A stretch of DNA of 64,000 nt from Octopus vulgaris (GCA_951406725.2 OX597819.1:102486001-102550000); one strand, 5' to 3'; numbered from the stretch's first letter, positions 30,193 to 44,705 are shown. Translations and numbers: made by a program. The notes: generated by a model not told the origin, from the sequence alone.

Positions 30193-30808
30193 GCCCAGTC
30201 TTGGCTAAGAAGGAATATATTCACAGACATGACAGAGTTGGAACCTACATACATTGGAAGCTATGCCAACATTATGGAATAACAACAGAAAAAGATGGTA
30301 TAGGCACACACCAGAAAAGGTCACAGAAAACGAGAAAGCAACCATACTCTGGGATATACCGATACACACAGATAGAGAAATTAAGGCCAACAGACCAGAT
30401 ATAGTTGTCAGAGATCATGAAGAAAAAAATGCTTTCTAATTGATGTATCAATACCGGCTGATGACAACGTGTCTCTAAAAGAAATGGAGAAACTCTCAAA
30501 ATACAAAGACCTGGAAATAGAGGTAACTAGAATGTGGAATCTGAAAACAGAAACAATTCCTATCATAGTAGGTGCATTAGGCATGATAAAAAAATATTCA
30601 GACAAATACATAACAAAAACACCAGGACTTACAAACACATATAACATACAGAAAATTGCACTACTAGGCACTGCACACATCCTATGCAGAACACTTTCCA
30701 TACAATAACCATCAGAGCATCACAACAAATCACAGCACATACCCAAGGCACACAGAGCTGCGCTCGGTAGTGAAGTGAAAGCACGCTATAAAAATAAAAC
30801 TACTGAAC
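30193..30808 (+). mobile_element. Young 5'-truncated Dong/R4 3' end inside (TAA)n
   Basis: PVLAKKEYIHRHDRVG, WYRHTPEKVTENEKATILWDIPIHTDREIKANRPDIV, KYKDLEIEVTRMW, IPIIVGALG, QKIALLGTAHIL*; two frameshifts; pure TAA arrays on both sides. Confidence 0.92.
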
Positions 30809-30892
<84 letters not shown>

Positions 30893-31440
30893 TTGTATCA
30901 TTTGTATCTTCCCATTTATAATTTCATAAATACTGTAACAACTTTTATACTATTTTCCAACTTTTGATTCATCCTTGTTTTACAAATTGTTTGCAAAACA
31001 TATTGAAATTCCTATATGATATGTACTTAACAGGAATCAACTTTCATTGTATCTATGATGGGAGAAGTATGCGTATATTTTTTGAGCAGGTCAACAACGA
31101 AAAGGACTGTGTTTAACCTTTAACAGATGCGAGATCCATTCCTGGTTATGACGTTTGGTCATTATCTGAAACCTCCAATGTCCGATGTTTATACATTACT
31201 TGTCTTTTGCTATCTATCTTGAGTGTTATCAATAGATGATTAAAAGACATCAATAATTGCATCGCTAAACAAAGAGTGGTATCAACACAATTGAAATAAG
31301 AGGATACAGTTTGGGCCCAGAGCAACATATGTCGCAAACATTTCAGCGACATGTAGTGATAACTTTCGACAGAGAAGACGAAGTTAATCACTGCTTATTT
31401 CTTCGTGTTGTTCTGATAGATCCCTACTATACTACTACTA

Positions 31441-31516
<76 letters not shown>

Positions 31517-31817
31517 CGCCTTTGACGCTGCTTCTGTTGCTGCAGTTTTGACTGCTGCTGGTAGCGATGAATGTAAAGAAGAAGAAGAAGCAGAAGAAGA
31601 AGAAGAATGAGAAGAAGAAGAAGAAGAAGAAGAAGAAGAAGAAGAAAAAGGAGAAGGAGAAGGAGAAGGAGAAGGAGAAGAAGAAGAAGAAGAAGAAGAA
31701 GAAGAAGAAGAAGAAGAAGAAGAAGATAATGATGATGCTATAATAACAATGATAATGATGAATTATAAATTGTGGTTCATTTTAGATCCGCCCAAACAAG
31801 TGTGAATCACCACCACC

Positions 31818-31849
<32 letters not shown>

Positions 31850-32546
31850 CAACAGCAATATATCATAAGTGAACTATATATATGCGAATGAGAAACGATG
31901 CCATTAAGTTAAAGAAATCATACGATTCCAAAATGTCGTTATCTCTAATTATATCTTCAAATTAACTATAAGTAAAAAATTGTTACATAATTATTTCCGT
32001 TTATAATGCTCATACTTAAAGGGAAACACACACACACACACACAATATACATAATATATTTATCTTTTATCGCTTACTTGTTTCATGAAGCATTTTTAGT
32101 CGAATGAATCAACCCAGTACTTTTTTAGTCGAAACGCTAAGTCTTGTGGTGGTTGTGGGGTTGGACAAACATGTACACAAACACACACACATACACACAC
32201 ACATGTATATACATATACGACAAGATTCTTTCAGTTTCCGTGTACCAAAGTCACTGACAATGATTTGGTCGGCCTCAAGCAATACTAGAAGACACTTGCC
32301 GAAGATGTCACTGAGTAGGACTGAACCCGAGACCATGTTGTTGGGAAGCAGCCTTCTTACCACACAACCACGCCAGCGACTATACATACATACATACATA
32401 CATACATACATACATACATACATACATACATGCATACATACATGCATACATACATACATACATACATACATACATACATACATACATACATACATACATA
32501 CATACATACGTACACATATATATATGTGTGTGTGTTGTATATATAT

Positions 32547-33275
32547 AGGATATCTTCAGTTTCGCTCACAGATTTTTCATTTATATTTTTTACCTAAACA
32601 GTTTTCAACTTCGTATACTGGTGTAATTTCTTACTCTGAACACGTTTTACTTTCAATATTTTTGAAATAATTTGTTATTTTAGAAGTTATTTTGTGTTAA
32701 AGTTGTCGTATTTTGGGTAATTTTAACCAATCAACGACGCGTATTCAGCTGAAGAACGCTACTGCTGTTTGTAATACCAATCGAACATGTTCTGGATCAT
32801 CTCTACTAAATGTCACCATTCTGTTCCCTTTTATTTTTATTTACTGCCTGCTTTGTATATCACAGGTTTTTTTATTTTGTTTTTTGTTGGGTTTTTTTGC
32901 CTTTTGATCGAACATTTGCATTCTCACCATTCGTACAAAGAGGCGATCGAAAAGCAAAAGCACAAAATAGAAAAAAATGTGTAATATGCAATACAGGCAG
33001 TAAACAAAATAAGATAGAACAGAATAGTGACATTTAGTACAGATGTCCTTGATGTTGTTGCTCTTCGATTACTATCGCAAACAGCAGTAGCTTTCTTGGT
33101 TAAAATTACCCGAATACAAATTTAACACGAAATGACTTCTAAAATACAAAATTTTGTCAAAATTTTGAAAGTAAACCGTGTTCAGCGTCAGAAATTACAT
33201 CAGTATACGAAGTTTCAAACTGTTTAGATAAAAAATAATGATTAAAAAAACTTGTGCGCGAAACTGAAAAGATCT

Positions 33276-33276
<1 letters not shown>
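32547..33276. mobile_element. Non-autonomous DNA transposon (MITE) with ~200-bp imperfect TIRs, superfamily unassigned
   Basis: 32547-32785 (ggatatcttcagtttcgc...gctactgctgtttg) is the reverse complement of 33064-33276 (caaacagcagtagc...gcgaaactgaaaagatct); lies in TA repeats. Confidence 0.8.
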
Positions 33277-33329
<53 letters not shown>

Positions 33330-33865
33330 TGTATGTATGTATGTATGTATGTATGTATGTATGTATGTATGTATATATATATATATATATATATGTATAT
33401 CATATATATATAAATACATATATATGTACATATATATACATATATACATATATATATATACATATATATATATATGTATATCAGGATATATAGATTGTCA
33501 CAATATTTAAGGTAGTACTTTCATATCAACGAACTAGCAAGATTATCAGTTAATACTTGGGACAGTGAGAGTAAATTGTCAATGATATTTGACTACTATT
33601 TTGTATTTTGATTCGGTATACATACATGCGTATGTGTATGTGTGCGTGCTCGCGTGTGTGTGAGTCTATATGTGAGGGCGTATGCATGTGTGTGTATGTA
33701 TGTGTGTGTGTGTTTGTTTTTATGTTCATATGTGTTGGTGGTGGAAGCGATATTGAAAGACTTCAAACGTAAAATCTTAGATATCAGTACAAGAAAGTTT
33801 ACTTTCACGGACAGAACAAAGGATAATGTTACCTTATGCTCCCTTCGCAAATTCTCACATAAACA

Positions 33866-33899
<34 letters not shown>

Positions 33900-34266
33900 G
33901 ACACACACACATACACATACACACAATTATAGGTATATATATGTATGTGTGTGTGAGTGTGTGTGTACACACCCACCCACAAATATGTGCATATATATAA
34001 GTATATGTATGTATATATATATATGTGCGTAGATATATGTCAGTGTGTGTATGTGTGTGGGTTTAAGTATATGTGTGTACGCATGGCTATATGTATGTAG
34101 GTGGGAACAATCCCGACATAAAGAATAAGTCAGTCTAATATAAACATTTAATGAAAACAAAACAAAACAAACTTAATCTCAGAAGATAATACAAAATACT
34201 ACTACAACAGTAAAAACGCCAACAACTTCTACTAATACTAATACTGCTACTACTAATAATGCTACT

Positions 34267-34367
<101 letters not shown>

Positions 34368-35005
34368 TAATAATAATAATACCACATTGTTAAATGAAAT
34401 AAACGAAAACTCCAAATACAAACAACGTGGGTACCAATGAGATTTTGTTTGGCGGTTCAGCTACTAAATGGTAAAATAATACTCTATCGATTTACTGGTT
34501 ACAAGTTCAAATTCTCATCAGGGAGGCTTTGAATATGCCGAAACATTTCCCTAATGTAGCGTCCTGTTGCTATTACCATTCTTCTGTTAGTTTATCCTTG
34601 TTTCGGCGCCCGTCAAAATGTCTTTGAATAGCTCAGATGTACGGTTGAAGTCACTAAAATGTCGAGGGGCAACTTAAAAGTGAAATCACGTGTTTCTCCA
34701 AATGTCGGTATTTTGTTGTGATTCTAAACACCGGCTGAACGTTGTATAAATTATTGGAACATATAGAGTCTATAGGAATAAATCGTTTGGCGTATGTATT
34801 GCAGCTGTGCGGGTATGTATGTATGTATGTATGTATGTATGTATGTATGTATGTATGTATGTATGTATGTATGTATGTATGTATGTATGTATGTAGGTAG
34901 GTAGGTAGGTTAGTACGTATGTATGTACGTACTTACGTATGTGTTTTTTTATGCTTGTATGTAAATATATGTGTATATGCATACACACACGCAGACTCAC
35001 GCACT

Positions 35006-35039
<34 letters not shown>

Positions 35040-35128
35040 CAGACAACGACATATGTATATGTGTATATGTGTGTGTGCATATGTAGGTACACATATATAT
35101 GGACAATCATACAAATGCATACCCCCCC

Positions 35129-35163
<35 letters not shown>

Positions 35164-35509
35164 CATACATATACATACATACATGCATACAGACAGACAG
35201 ACAGGAAACTTCTTTGCTCAGTTATACAGAGACGTCATTCTGTAAAAGGGATGGATGTATGTTAGAGGTGGGGAATACGTATGTAGGTGTGTATATTTTT
35301 GTATTGTATATACATACTTGATGCTGCGTCTGTGTGTGTTGTGTTGTGTGTGAGTCCTTTTAAATAGCTGCGTGTGTGTATTCACTGTTGAAAGAAATAA
35401 TTAACACTAAACAGAACAAAGCAAGGTAAATATAAAAAGAAAGCAAACAATTGAATATTTAGATGTATACATGCAGCTACCGTATATACATACACAGACA
35501 CACATATGC

Positions 35510-35577
<68 letters not shown>

Positions 35578-35645
35578 GTACGTATAACATATATATATAT
35601 ATACTTCCATATCCATATGTACACAGAGAAAGAGGAAGAGGGAGG

Positions 35646-35706
<61 letters not shown>

Positions 35707-36273
35707 GAAGAAAGTACGAATGAGAACATGTCAGGAAAGAATGAAATGAACGGAATGAAATGTCGGGCGCCATGATGTCTTGTGAAGATTTCGAAGTTGA
35801 GACAACTTGATTTCGTTTCGATGCTCACATCTATTACTCTTTGGAATTATGGCTTTTCTTTTCCAATTGAGAAATGCCTGAAGAATACTAGTCCTCAATT
35901 CTCAGTTCATTTACCCTTTAAATGTAAATCCTTGGACGCTCGGAACGAAAATAAAATGCCGGTAATATTTCATCTGCCACCAATGAGTGCCCATTATCAC
36001 AATAATTTAAACTTAGACACGAGTCCAACAAATTTTGAGAACAGGGTTTAAATCAACAACGAATCCAATACTCAGCTAGTACTCAATGTCCTCGATAAGA
36101 TAAGAGGCAAACTTTACATTTGCATGATTTGAACTCAGAACATAAGGGACTTGAGAAAAGCCTCAAAATACATTTCCGACGCTAAAAAAATTTTGCGAAT
36201 GTCTGCTTTAATGATATATCTACCTTTAATATCATTTATCCAACCACTAGGACTCTGAGTGTCTAATCTATCC

Positions 36274-36311
<38 letters not shown>

Positions 36312-36334
36312 ATATATATATATAATTTAAACTC

Positions 36335-37372
36335 TCAGCTTACTTTGCTTCGTACAATGGTAAGTACAAGCTGGCCACAGCCAGCAGACTAAGTTGGCGT
36401 ATACTGATCATGCTTTCAAGAACACTGGGAAGAACTCTTTCAATTCCAAGCAATGGTGACTTTTGTAGCTGCTCTATCTTTACATTTGTACCAATCTTTT
36501 TGAGTGCTGCTACTTCCAAACGTGCCAATCAATATAGGTATCACGCCCACTCTCTTCATTGCCCACAAACTGCATATTTCCCATTTGAATCCATCATAGT
36601 TCTTCACTTTTATTTCGTTCTCTCTTCGATCCTGTTGTCACTGGGACATGCTATATCGACTATCATGTTTTTTTTTCTCTTTTGTTCACCACAACAATGT
36701 CAGGTTTCCGGTATCTGGTAGACATACTGAATATTTGCATCCCACATGATTTTGTAATGTTCATCCTCAATAACACACCCTGGCATTTGGTCATATCACG
36801 CTTTTAGTCTTTCTAGGCCATAATTTCGACAGAGCTCCCAATGTATCATTTTTGCTAAATTTTCATGTCTTTAGCATTCGTGTTGTACCAATTTCGGGTA
36901 TTCGCTAACAATATGCCACCCCTCTCGCCAAACATTCTGCATTAGTCGTTCTCAGTTACGTTATCAAATTTGCACTACACATAGTTCGTCCTCAATACTT
37001 ATCATTGTGCCACGCACATAAGTGCTTCTGTTTCTATCTTCAGGTCACTCACCCGCATTCACAATCACCGGTATTTTGTATGTCTTGGACCTCATACCTC
37101 TTGCAAACTTGCCATACATTTTTCCTTACTTCATTTCTTTTTTGTGTGTTCTTTTTCACATAAAATTTTCTGTCATAACACAATTATTAAGTTTGACGAT
37201 AACGGACTACGGCAACGTAGCAGCAACAGTTCCACTACATTTTTTACACATTGCTCGAATATGTTTTCCTCTGCTTCAACGTAATCCTGACTGATGTTCT
37301 AACCTCTCCCACTCTTTATTCTGGACAAGTACAACATATCATTGTCACTCTTGGGATGGAATGATCTATGGA
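36335..37372 (-). mobile_element. R4/Dong-type 3' fragment, same subfamily as 22450-23680
   Basis: FHPKSD.D.LYLSRI, CRMFG, IMWDAN, PDI.IVD and LQKSPLLG.RVL..VLES motifs; 3'UTR resembles 22450-22520. Confidence 0.8.
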
Positions 37373-37374
37373 AT

Positions 37375-38400
37375 TGTGTTGGAGGAGTCAGTATTTTGGC
37401 CGTAGGTGACCTTTACCAGCTTCAGCCTATTGGGCAAACTCTTGTATTTGGCCTCCCATCTGACAATTACGCCTCGATCGAAGTCAGAGAGAAAGCATGA
37501 GGCAGACAGATGAACTGTTTAGACAGCTGCTGATGCGGGTGAGAATAGGCGCATGCATACAGAATATCACCTTGCTCAAATCCAGGGTTGTTGAAAAACA
37601 GACAACGTCTACCCAACAGAAGCTCGCCATGTATTCAAAACGAACAAAGACGTAGATGATCACAATGCTGAGCATCTGGAAAAGCTTCTCACTCAAGTGT
37701 TTAACATCAAGAAAATTTATACCAAGAAGGACGTTCATACACGACTCATTAATGTTCTGATTTCAAGAAAACCAGCAGGGACTGGAGGTTTAAGGGATGT
37801 CGTATCAGTAGTAATTGGTAACAGAGTGATGGTGACTGCAAACATTGATGTCTCCGATGGTGAATGGAGTCTGTGGCAGAGTGACAGGAATTGATCACAC
37901 TGGAAATGACGAGCATGCCATCCTACTGAAATTTGACAGTGAACGCGTTGGCATAGAGGCCATTGCTGGTATCCATATAAGCACTCGTACCCCGGGGAAG
38001 TGCCTATCAAGCGTCAGCATGTACAGTTCTTCACTGGAAGGGTCAGAAATCAGTTGAAGCAAAACGAATTCAATTCCCACTCTCACTGGCTTGGGGCTGC
38101 ATGATTCATAAAGTCCAACGGAAGACTCTGGATAAGACTCTTGTCTTTATGGAAGGAAAGGGAACATTCATACCGAGTCAGGGATATGTTACTCTCAGCA
38201 GAGTCAAATCTCTGAATGGCCTACTTCTCCTAGGATTTAATGCAAGCAACATCCGTGTTAACTTATTTGTAGTTAAAGAAATGAACCTGTTCCGTCAAGA
38301 ATCTGATCAAACACCAAACTATACCAACTACTACTGATGCTTCTTTGAACATTCGCTTTCTCAACATTCGATCTTATTTGGAACACCAGGATAACCTAAC
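37375..38400 (+). mobile_element. Helitron/Helentron remnant: PIF1-type helicase C-terminal half and start of a probable AP endonuclease
   Basis: GGVSILAVGDLYQLQP, RVMVTANIDVSDG, QFPLSLAW..IHKVQ.KTLD and QGYVTLSRVKSLNGL, followed by NIRFLNIRSYLEH; frameshifted. Confidence 0.8.
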
Positions 38401-38410
38401 GCATCAAGGC

Positions 38411-38486
<76 letters not shown>

Positions 38487-38519
38487 TACTTTTAATCTGC
38501 ATGTTTGTTATAATCATTT

Positions 38520-39215
38520 GCCGAGACACATCAGTGTCCTGGTGCGAGTGAAGGATAAGAGATGTTACAGTGTGACTAAAAGCTTGGTGAGGTGAAGTGA
38601 CAGGGGCAGTAGTGAAATATCTTCATGTAATACAACACAAGCATTTAAATGGATTGGGTTTTTCTAAGGTCGTGGGCAGTACTTGTCAGCACAGTCTTTT
38701 GGATTTCTCTGAGACATGGTTGTCCTGGGATATTTCTGGCATCCCTTTTTTATGATACCTAGGGAACAGTTCTCCCTTCAAGATGCCACGTCTTTTGTAT
38801 TTCAATTTCCAGGCGCTTATATTTGCTTCATTTGTCAAATTCCTTGACAGACATATTTCTTTCAGTGGGGTCATTGACATCTAATACTCTACAAGTATTT
38901 TCTTCCCTGTCTTTAATAATTATATCTGGTCGATTAACCTGAATCGTTCTGTCAGTGTTAACTGGAAAATCCCAGATGATAGTGACATTTGCACCTTCAA
39001 CAACTGGCTCAGGTTGATGTTAGCAGGAGTGCTGATTTTGTGGTATTTACACACTTTCCAATGTAAACACTGTCCTACCCTATCGTGGCGATTTTTCTAT
39101 TCTTCTGGTATCAGTACAGAACATCCCGAGACGAGATGGTCTATTGTTCAGTCAAATGTGTCGCAGAATCTGCATTTCGGTTCAGAACAGTTTTGAAGAA
39201 CGTTAGCCAGGTAGT
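38520..39215 (-). mobile_element. Decayed R4/Dong-type 3' end
   Basis: CRFCD, RHDRVG, VTIIWDFPVNTDRTI..NRPDIII, KEICL motifs; 3' side runs toward (TAA)n at 38413-38485. Confidence 0.75.
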
Positions 39216-39231
39216 TTTTGGCAAGCAGTCT

Positions 39232-39520
39232 TAAATAAGTACCAGTTACGCACTGGGGTAGATATAATCGACTTAATCCGTTTGTCTGTCGTTGTTTGTC
39301 CTTTCTGTGTTTGGCCTCTTGTAGGTAGTAAAGAAATAGGTATTTCGTGCGTCTTTAAGTTCTGAATTCAAATACCAGCGAGGTCGACTTTGCCTTTCAT
39401 ACTTACGGGGTCGATTAAATAAGTGCCAGTTACGCACAGGGGTCGATGTAATCGACTTAATCCGTTTGTCAGTCCTTGTTTGTTCCCTCTATGTTTAGCT
39501 CCCTGTGGGCAATAAAGAAA
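39232..39520 (+). mobile_element. Nested family-B SINE pair
   Basis: Two copies of aagtaccagttacgcactgggg...aatcgacttaatccgtttgtc joined at aagaaata|ggtatttcg. Confidence 0.8.
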
Positions 39521-40442
39521 TTAATATCATGAAATATGGATGTAATAATTCGAAACGCGCTTTTTTTAGACGTAGAAAATTTGTATACAAGCAATTTTTT
39601 AAAGAAAAACGAATGTATTATGTATAAGAATGTTGTTACGTCTACTTGGAGCGTATAGGCTAAAGCAATTGGAGATAATAAGAACTTGGTAGGCATTTAG
39701 AGGACTTCAAACATAAAACTACATACCCACACAAACGGGATTCTAATCCATCGCAAAGTTATCCCTCGGCTGCTTCTGGTACGCACTTTTAGCTGATGGG
39801 TGACTAAGAAAATATATATACCCGTCCAGGAATCGAACCTTCATCCTAACGATCGCAAGCACAACAAACTAAAGTCTATACGAATACTGGAAGTATATAA
39901 AGCTCTTTGTTTTAAGGTACGCTGTCAGTCGATTTTATTTTATTTATTTTTTGTTGCAAGATAATATATCAATATTTTCTGGAAATAAGGTGGCGAGCTG
40001 ACAGAGTCATTAGCATGCCGGGGAAAATGCTTAACAGCTTTTGGTCCATCCTACGATACATATGGTGTTATCTTAACCCAAAAAGTTACTGGGCTGAGGT
40101 GCGATTCGAATTAATTTACTCTTTTACTTGTTTCAGTCATTTGACTGCGGCCATGCTGGAGCATTGCCTTTTTATTCGAACAAACCGACCTCAGGACTTT
40201 ATTCTTTGTAAGCCTAGTACTTATTCTATCGAACACTTGCCGAACCGCTAGGTTACGGGGACGTAAACACACCAGCATCGGTTGTCGATGATGGGTTTTA
40301 TATACGTATATCGCTTCTACCACATGCTTACCAGTCAATTCAACATAAGACGCAGAAGTAACGTAATGCTTAGATCGTTAAAAAACAAATAAGGAAGAAA
40401 AAAAAAAGAAAATTTCGTGTATATATTAAGAATACATTTGAT

Positions 40443-40623
40443 ATCCGAGCGAGCGGAAACGACCACTCGGAAGGCCTCCACGACGGTGGAGCTACGATTT
40501 TAGGAGGGCAATTGGGATCATGTGGATGAGGAAGGCGCGATCCACAGAAGAGTGGACAGCATGCTGTGACCAGAGGTGTCAAATGAACGCCCGATGGACT
40601 GGTCGGTCAAGGTGATCAAGGTG
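40443..40623 (+). mobile_element. RTE-clade LINE extreme 3' end
   Basis: Translates YPSERKRPLGRPPRRWSYDFRRAIGIMWMRKARSTEEW (RTE C-terminal R.GRP..RW...W...A...W); ends in a short tandem repeat (tcaaggtga). Confidence 0.75.
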
Positions 40624-41116
40624 TTTCCTACTGTGACTAAATTATAAGAATTTTCTCGCAATTGTACACTCATAGAGGATATGTTTTTATAATTTTTTTT
40701 ATTCTCTCCATCACTCTTCCCCCTTATCTCTCTTATCCCTATCAATGCTTGTCTGCATATTCTTTTATTCATTTGTTTCAATAATCTTACCCCAGGACTT
40801 AGTCATTGTAAGCCTAGTGCTTATGGTATTGTTCTCTTTTGTCGAACCGCTAGGTTAAGGGGACAAGTAGTACGCACTACATGTTTAGAATATACATATA
40901 AATGGCGGTGCCCCAGCATGGCCACAGCTGAAGAGCTGAAACTGGAAAACATAAACATAAACACAAACAGAAAAACACACACGCGCACACAGACATACAC
41001 ACACACAGACACTTTGGCTCAATTTTTCTTGAAGAGTTCAGTTAAACGAACGGAAGCGCTAATAAAGAATAATCCAAATTCTGACTGCCTCCTTTTACTT
41101 AATGTGTGTGTGTATG

Positions 41117-41177
<61 letters not shown>

Positions 41178-42376
41178 ATGTGTGTATGTGTGTATACATG
41201 CATACACATAGATGTTCACATTAGACACGAAAATGCACATATACATATGAGTATGCATGTACGAATGTGTGTGTGTGTGTATGTGTGTATGTGCGTGTGT
41301 GTATGATGTATATGATAGCAATGGTGTTTATATTCCCTGTAAGTAACCTAACAACTGGATTACAGCTGGACCCTTTTCAAACAGTCATGACCTCCTTTCT
41401 AGCGATACCATCTTTGATAGGATTTTCTTCTTGAAACGTTTATGGAAATATCTTAAAACAGGGGTTAATGTGACATATATTGGTGTGTTTATGTGAATGT
41501 ATAAGTGTCTATAATTAGTAACGTGTGCATTAGCATGCATGTATATATTTAGCCGTCACGACATATACATGTGCAGACATACGAGCGTTAATGAGTGAAT
41601 AAATGAATGTTTAATTGTTATCTTGTATTATGATTCATTTGAATATGCCCGTAAATAAGCGTGTATATCAATACATATTAATATCTGTCAAAAAGAATAT
41701 GTGCGCTTGTGTGTGTGTATATGTATGTGTGTGTACACGTATGCACTAGCAGTATATATGCTTGCCTGTGAAAATGCATAAATTCTTTTCTTGTATTTTC
41801 TACTCACTATTCGACTCACTCGTCTTCTTCTTCTTCTTCTTCTTCTTCTTCTTCTTCTTCTTCTTCTTCTTCTTCTTCCACTTCTTCTTGCTCTTCTTCT
41901 TCTACCTCCCCTTCTTCCTCTTCCTCCTCATCCCCTTCCCCCCTTCCTCCTCCTCCTCCTCTTCTTCTTCTTCTTCTTCTTCTTCTTCAGACAGTCCCAC
42001 ACGATGGCCTCTACTTTGAATGCTTGGCTGCTTCAGTTGTAACTTCACGGATAATAAAGCATATAAGTTAACTAACTACTACAAAACATTTTACTCAACA
42101 CGCGATATATATATATATACTGGATCAAGATGTAGGAAGTAAATGAGATTCAAGCAATCCGTAGAAAATATAAAAAAGAGAAAAACAACTTTCAGGAAAA
42201 ATAGTGGCTTTTTGGGGCGGAATTTTTGTGAATTTTCCCCATTCCTTAATTTAGGGATTTTATTTTCATACCCAGCAACCCTGGTTGCCAACCTTGAGCC
42301 GTGTAATATTTTATCTTGTATACACACGCACGCACACACACACACACATACACACACATGCACACACACACAGACA

Positions 42377-42444
<68 letters not shown>

Positions 42445-42511
42445 TGTGTGTATATGTATATGTATATTATAACGTATTCATTTATGCTGCAAATTCATTT
42501 TATGTCATTTA

Positions 42512-42618
42512 GACCAAAAGAGTGGCTATGTATCGTTGGATCGAAGAAATATTAATTTTTGAGATTATTGATTTTGATATTTTCGATTTGAATATATCGT
42601 CACGAAACGCGCGTCGTC
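42512..42618 (+). ncRNA. Degenerate hammerhead, same architecture as 15658-15770
   Basis: GAC-CAAAAGA (mutated CTGAAGA)-GTGGCTATGTAT...ATATATCGTCAC-GAAA-CGCGCG-TC-GTC, with an inner stem gatcgaagaaatat/atattttcgatt. Confidence 0.6.
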
Positions 42619-42757
42619 GTTTTAATGTGTATCGTTTAGTACAATGTCAACATATTTAAATGTATATATCTTTCATTATTAATTGAATTACTTCATAGAG
42701 GTTCTGTCTCTTAATTATCTCTCACTCTCTCTCTCTCTCTCTCTCACTATATATATA

Positions 42758-43100
42758 TCACCGTGATCACCGTGACCGACCAGGCTATCAGATGTTGCAA
42801 CACATTTGGTCATATTGCGCTTCGCATTGTTTTAGCCTTCAAAAGACACCACCCCACTGGCTAAGCGAGCAGGTCAACAGAAGAAAGAGTGAGAGAAAGT
42901 TGTGGCGAAAGAGTACAACAGGGATCCCCACCACCCCTACGGAGCCTCGTGGAACTTTAGGTGTTTTCGCTCAATAAACACTCACAACGCCTGGTCTGGG
43001 TATCGAAACCGCGATCCTACGACCGCGAATCCGCTGCCCTAACCCTAGTCCGCTGCCCTAACCCTAGTCCGCTGTGTGTGGAGGCCAATGCGCCTCCACA
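42758..43100 (-). mobile_element. tRNA-derived SINE (family D) with rearranged head
   Basis: Minus strand ggaggcgcattggc...ggttagggcagcgga...ggtttcgataccc (A/B-box-like); tail (cacggtgat). Confidence 0.7.
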
Positions 43101-43310
43101 CACACACACACTCACACACACATATATATATATATATGTATGTATGTATGCATCATGGAAAAACAATACACAGTGTATAAATAGATGATGAATAAAGCAC
43201 CGGCACAGTTTAGGTTACCTGTTGTTAACTGTACATTTACTCCAGGAACTTCGCAGTGGACCGTTGGGGTAATAGTATTAATGAATTAGAAGATGAAATG
43301 TGTATTATAC

Positions 43311-43371
43311 TTTATTGAGTACGACACATATTTCACCCGTCGTGCTGGGTCTCTTCGAGTACATCAGTAAA
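43311..43371 (-). ncRNA. Minimal hammerhead motif with mutated core
   Basis: Minus strand reads TTTACTGATGTAC-TCGAAGA-G-ACCC-AGCACGAC-GGGT-GAAA-TATGTG-TC-GTACTCAATAAA. Stem I is extended; the core has TC in place of CT. Confidence 0.6.
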
Positions 43372-43457
43372 AAAGTCGCACAAGAGATTTCTTGTCTTAG
43401 CTTGCTTACCGCTATATGTCCATCAAATGTATATATTTAATGTGTGTGTATATGTAA

Positions 43458-43488
<31 letters not shown>

Positions 43489-43924
43489 TGTGTGTGTGTA
43501 TGTATGTGTGTGTGTGTGTGTGTGTGTGTAATGTACTTTCCCGTCGAAGACGATGTATGAGTGTTGAGTCTTGCTGAACGACCTACACAAATGATTTGTT
43601 TATAGTACTCAAATGTATGTGCTGTTTATAGTACTCAAATGTATGCACAGCTCTCTGTCTGTCTGTCTCTCTCTCTTTCTCTCTCTCTGTCTCTCTCTCT
43701 CTCTCAAATTGACGTTACCTGAATCAGTGCACGGTGCACCCCGCGTCAGGTGTCGAAATTATCGCAAAGCAATCTGAGAAAAAGTATTTTGCTGAAGAAC
43801 ACGAAGCAACAGTCAGCCTGGGAATTGAAACCACGATCTCACGATCATGACTGCATTTTATATTCTCTCTACACATATTTAATTGCGTGTTGCATACATA
43901 ATTATATATAATGTCGTCAAAATA

Positions 43925-44170
43925 TTGGGTTGGTGCATAATTATTGCGGCTTTTTTTCAACAAATTTTATTCAACAAAAACAATAACAATATTAAACAGA
44001 AACATCTTTAAATGACGGTCTGACCATCAGAAAGCAAATAGGAAGCAGCAATTGAAGTAGATGGTGAATATGCTCCGGAATAAACATTTAAATATGTTTT
44101 TGTTACATGTTAATGCTTTTGTTGAATAAAATTTGTTGAAAAAAGCCGCAATAATTATGAACCAGACCAA
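43925..44170 (+). mobile_element. Internally deleted mariner element (MITE-like) with TA target duplication
   Basis: ~60-bp TIRs TTGGGTTGGTGCATAATTATTGCGGCTTTTTT.../...AAAAAAGCCGCAATAATTATGAACCAGACCAA, TA on both flanks; internal IEVDGEYAPE* resembles a mariner transposase C-terminus. Confidence 0.88.
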
Positions 44171-44467
44171 TATTAACTCAAAGAGCACTCAAGATGTAAT
44201 TATAAAATTTGAAACTAATTTTTATAAAGAAATATTTGACAGAGAATTAGAAGTTTTGGCTTATCAGGCATAACTTCGAAGTCACACTCAACCATCTTCT
44301 TGTAAATTAATTAATATGTATTCGACTTAATGCTATTGAGTAATTTTTAGCTGGACGTTAAGTGGCTTTTATATATAACGTTACACACAATGATGTTAAT
44401 ATGTGTGTGTGTGTTTGTGTATGTCTACGTCCATATGGAAAGTATTAAGGATGGTCATATTACACGC

Positions 44468-44468
44468 T

Positions 44469-44512
<44 letters not shown>

Positions 44513-44556
44513 AAGATAGATAGACAGATAGATAGACAAGTAGGGAGGTAGGTAGT

Positions 44557-44608
<52 letters not shown>

Positions 44609-44628
44609 CAAGTAGGGAGGTAGGTAGT

Positions 44629-44659
<31 letters not shown>

Positions 44660-44705
44660 GTAGGGAGGTAGGTAGTTAGATAGATAGATTGATAGATATA
44701 TATAT

